A program made the position numbers and the translations under genes. Under the pieces are notes generated by a model. The model was given only the letters and a program-made list of their open reading frames with translations, made no database searches and was not told the origin of the DNA. DNA of 32,000 nt from Bacillus subtilis subsp. subtilis str. 168 (GTDB lineage Bacteria > Bacillota > Bacilli > Bacillales > Bacillaceae), in NCBI RefSeq assembly GCF_000009045.1, contig NC_000964.3, forward strand, positions 3,930,001 to 3,962,000, written 5' to 3'. This document shows, in pieces, positions 28,485-32,000 of this stretch (its first letter is position 1; the number at the start of each line of letters is the position of its first letter).

Positions 28485-28517
28485 AAAAAGCCGGCCCATT
28501 ACAGGCCGGCTTTTTTT
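28485..28517. terminator. Bidirectional intrinsic terminator (ilvK / licH)
   Basis: AAAAAGCCGGCC-CATTACA-GGCCGGCTTTTT. It overlaps the licH stop codon. Confidence 0.88.
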
Positions 28518-29844
28518 ACGCTTCAATTTTGTTGAAAAACTGCGGCAGATACGCTTTGTGCGCCTCTAGCATTTCGTCTAAAATCTGTTTGGCCACAGTA
28601 TCGGACGGGACAAGCGGGTTAATCGTCATGGCAAGGAGCGCAGTTTGATAGTCACCTGTAACTGCCGCTTCTGCCGCGACACGTTCAAAGGATTTGATTT
28701 GCTGGACAAGGCCGCGGACAGACACCGGCAAGTCGCCGACAGCAATTGGCTTAGGGCCGGTTTTCGTCATCACACAGTTCACTTCAACTGCGGAATCGTC
28801 TGGAATACTCGCTATTGCACCATTATTGATCGTGTTCACCGGCTGAATGTCATGTTTATCATTATAAATGGAGCTGATTAAGTTACATGCTGCATCACTG
28901 TAGTAAGCTCCGCCCCGTTTTTCCAGCTGCGGCGGTTTGATCGCAAGGTTTGGATCTTTATAAAGCTCGAACAGCTCTTTTTCGACCTTCTGTACGACTT
29001 CAGCGCGGGTGCCCTCCGTTTGTGATGCTTCCAGTTCGTGCTCCAGCATCTCTTTTGTTTTAAAATAGTAACGGTGATAGCCGCAAGGGATGACATTGAG
29101 CGCTTTTAAGAAATCCGGTTCCCATTCGGCGCCTGAGATATTTTTCATCGTCATCGCGTTTTTCGGGTCGCCCATCGCCTCGATGACTTGCTCCTTCACA
29201 CTTACGCCGTCCAAGAAAACATCCAGCCCGAATACCATATGGTTCAGTCCGGCAAATTGGACTTCTACGCGGTCCACATCTACATCAAGCGCTTTGGCTA
29301 CGCCCATTTTGATGCCGATTGGAACATTGCAAAGACCGACGACTTTCTTCAGGTTGGAGTAGCGAAGCAAGGCTTCTGTTACCATGCCGGCAGGGTTTGT
29401 GAAGTTAACAAGCCAAGCGTTCGGGCAAAGCTCTTCTATGTCCTTTGCGATCTCAAGGATGACCGGAATTGTGCGCAATCCTTTAAACAGACCTCCCGGG
29501 CCGTTTGTTTCCTGGCCTATCACTCCGTATTTTAGCGGAATGCGCTCATCCTTTGCTCTTGCCTGCAAAAGTCCGACGCGGAATTGGGTCGTGACAAAGT
29601 CTGCGTCTTTCAGCGCCTTTCTCCGGTCGAGCGTAAGATGAATGTCAATCGGGACGCCAGCTTTTTCAACCATCCGTTTGGCGAGTGTGCCGACAATATT
29701 CAGCTTTTCTTCGCCCTCGGGGATATCGACAAGCCATAATTCACGGACAGGCAGCTCATCATACCGTTTAATGAACCCCTCCACTAGCTCGGGCGTATAG
29801 CTTGAACCTCCGCCAATCGTTACAATCTTCAATCCTTTTGTCAT
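28516..29844 (-). CDS. licH: 6-phospho-beta-glucosidase, glycoside hydrolase family 4
   Basis: 442 aa. N-terminal NAD-binding [15 protein letters not shown], and ...GLCNVPIG.... The ATG overlaps the licA stop (ATGA). Confidence 0.94.
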   Translation of the reverse strand: MTKGLKIVTIGGGSSYTPELVEGFIKRYDELPVRELWLVDIPEGEEKLNIVGTLAKRMVEKAGVPIDIHLTLDRRKALKDADFVTTQFRVGLLQARAKDERIPLKYGVIGQETNGPGGLFKGLRTIPVILEIAKDIEELCPNAWLVNFTNPAGMVTEALLRYSNLKKVVGLCNVPIGIKMGVAKALDVDVDRVEVQFAGLNHMVFGLDVFLDGVSVKEQVIEAMGDPKNAMTMKNISGAEWEPDFLKALNVIPCGYHRYYFKTKEMLEHELEASQTEGTRAEVVQKVEKELFELYKDPNLAIKPPQLEKRGGAYYSDAACNLISSIYNDKHDIQPVNTINNGAIASIPDDSAVEVNCVMTKTGPKPIAVGDLPVSVRGLVQQIKSFERVAAEAAVTGDYQTALLAMTINPLVPSDTVAKQILDEMLEAHKAYLPQFFNKIEA

Positions 29845-30173
29845 ATGCTTGCTCCCCTTTGCTCGGTGATTTTTTCATATAACTCAATGATCTCTGCAGC
29901 CATATCCTTCACTGTCATTGCATTCATTAAATGATCCTGTGCATGAACCATCAGAAGCGTCATTTCCGTCTTTTCTCCGCCCGCTTCATTTTGGATCAGC
30001 TCTGTCTGATAATGATGGGCTTTTGACAATTCTTCAGCAGCGTCTTGAAGCTTTTTCCGCGCTTCTTCTGCGTCACCGCTTTTCGCAGCGGCAATGGCCT
30101 CCATTGCGGAGCTCCTACCGTTTCCTCCGTGAAGGATGATTTGAAAAATGATTTGTTCCATTTCCTCATTCAC
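29841..30173 (-). CDS. licA: PTS EIIA, lichenan/cellobiose (Lac) family
   Basis: ORF track 29841..30182. The second GTG (30171-30173) is preferred because AAAGGAAG lies 9 nt upstream of it, giving 110 aa. Helical EIIA-Lac fold with ...MVHAQDHLM.... Confidence 0.88.
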   Translation of the reverse strand: MNEEMEQIIFQIILHGGNGRSSAMEAIAAAKSGDAEEARKKLQDAAEELSKAHHYQTELIQNEAGGEKTEMTLLMVHAQDHLMNAMTVKDMAAEIIELYEKITEQRGASI

Positions 30174-30191
30174 GCGATTCACTTCCTTTCT

Positions 30192-31550
30192 CTACAGAGC
30201 CGCTTCTTTGTCATCTGTTGCTGCAGGCGTTTGGACCAGCTCCAGATCGTTTTCTTCTTTCAGCTTCTGCTTATCCCACATTCTGAAGAATGGATAGTAG
30301 ACAACAAAGGACACGGCAATATTAATGGCTTGCATGACCGCGCCTGAGACTTTTCCTCCTGTCGCCAAGTAGCCTGAAAAGATCGGCGGCATGGTCCACG
30401 GCACTGCGATACCCGCCGGTTTGGCGACAAGGCCGGTGCTCATTCCGATGTACGTGAGTGTCACTGTGACAAGCGGCGTGATGATAAACGGAAGTAAGAG
30501 CATTGGGTTCATGACGATCGGCATTCCGAATATAATCGGTTCGTTAATATTGAAGATGGCCGGGCCGACCGCAAGCTTCCCGAGCTGCTTCATTTGTTTG
30601 CTTCGGGCGCGCAGGAACATCGTGACAACCAGTGCCAATGTGGCGCCGCTTCCGCCAATATTGACCCAGATATCGAAAAATTGCTGGGTGAAAATCTTAG
30701 GAAGCTCCTCACCGGCTTGGAATGCGATCCGGTTGGCATCCATTGCGCCGTACCAAATCGGTGCCATGACGCCGCCAACAATGTTTGCACCGTGAAGGCC
30801 GCAGGCCCATAAAAGCATTTTGACGGCTTCGGCGACAAGGCTTCCTCCAAGGCTTCCTCCCAGAATGGAAAGCGGAGTCCCCAATAAAACGCTTACAATA
30901 TTATGAAGGCTTTCAAACGGTGTCGCTTCAACAATCAGCCGGGCTGCCCAAATTAGGAAGATGACGGCAAAGCCGGGGATTAACGCGACAAATGACTTGC
31001 TTACCGCCGGCGGGACACCGTCCGGCATTTTGAAGACTAAATTGCGCTGGATAATAAGGCGGTAAATCTCTGTGGACACCATTGCGATAATCATGGCGAC
31101 AAATAAGCCTTTGCTTCCCATGAGCGAAAGCGGAATCCCGCCGCCAACCATGATTTCTTTCGTCGCGCCATCCGGCATAAACGGCACTTGATAAGGTGTT
31201 GCTAATAAAAATGCCGCAAGGGAAATGGCTCCGGCCGACAAGGCATCAACACCGTATTTCTCGGCGAGCCGGTAGGCAATGCCGAACGCGGCGACAAGAC
31301 CCATAATTTCAAAGGTCGCGTCGACTGGGTAGGCCAGTTTTTCAGACCAGGAGCTGCCAAACGTTTTTGCCATAAACTCAGCGTATCCCGGGATCGGGAG
31401 GTTGCCAATGATGAGGAAAAAGGAACCGATGATAATCAGGGGCATCGTGAGGATGATACCATCACGCAGCGCCTGCAAATGACGCTGTCCCGCAATTCTT
31501 CCCGCTATAGGCATGACCTTTTCTTCTAAGATCTGATTGACTTTATTCAC
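30192..31550 (-). CDS. licC: PTS EIIC, lichenan/cellobiose (Lac) family
   Basis: 452 aa polytopic protein, paralogous to YwbA in this window. Confidence 0.94.
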   Translation of the reverse strand: MNKVNQILEEKVMPIAGRIAGQRHLQALRDGIILTMPLIIIGSFFLIIGNLPIPGYAEFMAKTFGSSWSEKLAYPVDATFEIMGLVAAFGIAYRLAEKYGVDALSAGAISLAAFLLATPYQVPFMPDGATKEIMVGGGIPLSLMGSKGLFVAMIIAMVSTEIYRLIIQRNLVFKMPDGVPPAVSKSFVALIPGFAVIFLIWAARLIVEATPFESLHNIVSVLLGTPLSILGGSLGGSLVAEAVKMLLWACGLHGANIVGGVMAPIWYGAMDANRIAFQAGEELPKIFTQQFFDIWVNIGGSGATLALVVTMFLRARSKQMKQLGKLAVGPAIFNINEPIIFGMPIVMNPMLLLPFIITPLVTVTLTYIGMSTGLVAKPAGIAVPWTMPPIFSGYLATGGKVSGAVMQAINIAVSFVVYYPFFRMWDKQKLKEENDLELVQTPAATDDKEAAL

Positions 31551-31565
31551 ATAGCCCGCCCCTCT

Positions 31566-31874
31566 CTATGACACATGTCCAAGCTGTTCAGCTGATTTCA
31601 GCACTTCCGCCCCATTGCACGTTCCATAATGGACGGTATTAATGACGTCTACCGGAACCCCCTTTGACTCTCCTAATTTTTTGAGCTGCGGAAGCATGTA
31701 ACGGACTTGCGGACCGAGAAGCAATACATCCGCTTTATCGATATGATTTTGTACAGAATCGCCTGAAACTGCCCAAATGGTATAGTCTTTTCCCTGTTCC
31801 TGCGCACTTTTTTCCATCTTGCTCACCAGTAAGCTAGTAGACATGCCTGCTGCACAAACGAGTAATATATTCAT
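31566..31874 (-). CDS. licB: PTS EIIB, lichenan/cellobiose (Lac) family
   Basis: 102 aa. Phospho-Cys motif [25 protein letters not shown] lies 8 nt upstream of the ATG. Confidence 0.93.
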
Positions 31875-31936
31875 GTAAAAGACCCCCTAGAGTTTGATCA
31901 ATTTTGTAATGTCCTGCTGTTGCTATCATCATATTA

Positions 31937-31950
31937 TGAAATCGCTTTCA
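31937..31950. promoter_or_regulatory. cre (CcpA operator) in the licBCAH promoter
   Basis: TGAAATCGCTTTCA fits TGWAANCGNTNWCA at all constrained positions. It abuts the probable -10 (TAATAT/CATAAT on the minus strand, 31931-31938). Confidence 0.7.
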
Positions 31951-31963
31951 TAAACACTCAGGG

Positions 31964-31986
31964 TTTTTCCGCAGGCAACGGAAAAA
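31964..31986. promoter_or_regulatory. Dyad-symmetry element upstream of the licBCAH promoter; candidate LicR activator site
   Basis: TTTTTCCG-CAGGCAA-CGGAAAAA with perfect 8-bp arms, centred about 40 nt upstream of the -10. There is no good -35 hexamer, consistent with an activator-dependent promoter. Confidence 0.5.
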
Positions 31987-32000
31987 AGGTATATACAGGC

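Noticed and set aside
31964-31986. The TTTTTCCG-N7-CGGAAAAA hairpin considered as an intrinsic terminator for the upstream (off-window) licR gene.
   Set aside because: On the minus (transcribed) strand the stem is followed by ACCCTGAG rather than a U-tract. Its position just upstream of an activator-dependent promoter fits a protein-binding dyad better.

Overview
By gene content and order, this window is a core-chromosome segment of Bacillus subtilis (168-like). The order is efeU' - thiE - thiM - ywbI - ywbH/ywbG (cidAB-like) - ywbF - ywbE - ywbD - ywbC - ywbB - ywbA - epr - sacX - sacY - gspA - ywaF - ywaE - [Tyr T-box] - tyrZ - ywaD - ywaC(relP) - menA - dltX-dltABCDE - ywaA(ilvK) - licH-licA-licC-licB. 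I support 33 protein-coding genes. One (dltX, 49 codons) is missing from the ORF track and one (efeU) is truncated at the window edge. About a dozen start codons were moved downstream of the longest-ORF start because of Shine-Dalgarno geometry. Regulatory elements readable from the sequence include a tyrosine T-box leader, a SacY-type RAT antiterminator target with a distant terminator, and a Fur box. There are also two perfect-consensus cre sites, SigB/SigD/ECF/SigA-type promoters and many intrinsic, often bidirectional, terminators. I see no rRNA or tRNA genes, CRISPR array, IS or transposon, prophage remnant, or recognisable defence or toxin-antitoxin module. I therefore cannot honestly claim a new biological system here; this is well-studied housekeeping and accessory-metabolism DNA. 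The points most worth a second look are these: the unlisted dltX ORF behind three stacked promoters; the LysR gene ywbI fused to thiM-thiE with no visible TPP riboswitch; the orphan cre-controlled PTS EIIC ywbA with the unknown-function ywbB; the five ~51-aa C-terminal repeats in Epr; the ywaE/T-box double control of tyrZ; and the split RAT/terminator in the sacXY leader. All gene names come from my recognition of the translated sequences, not from a database search.
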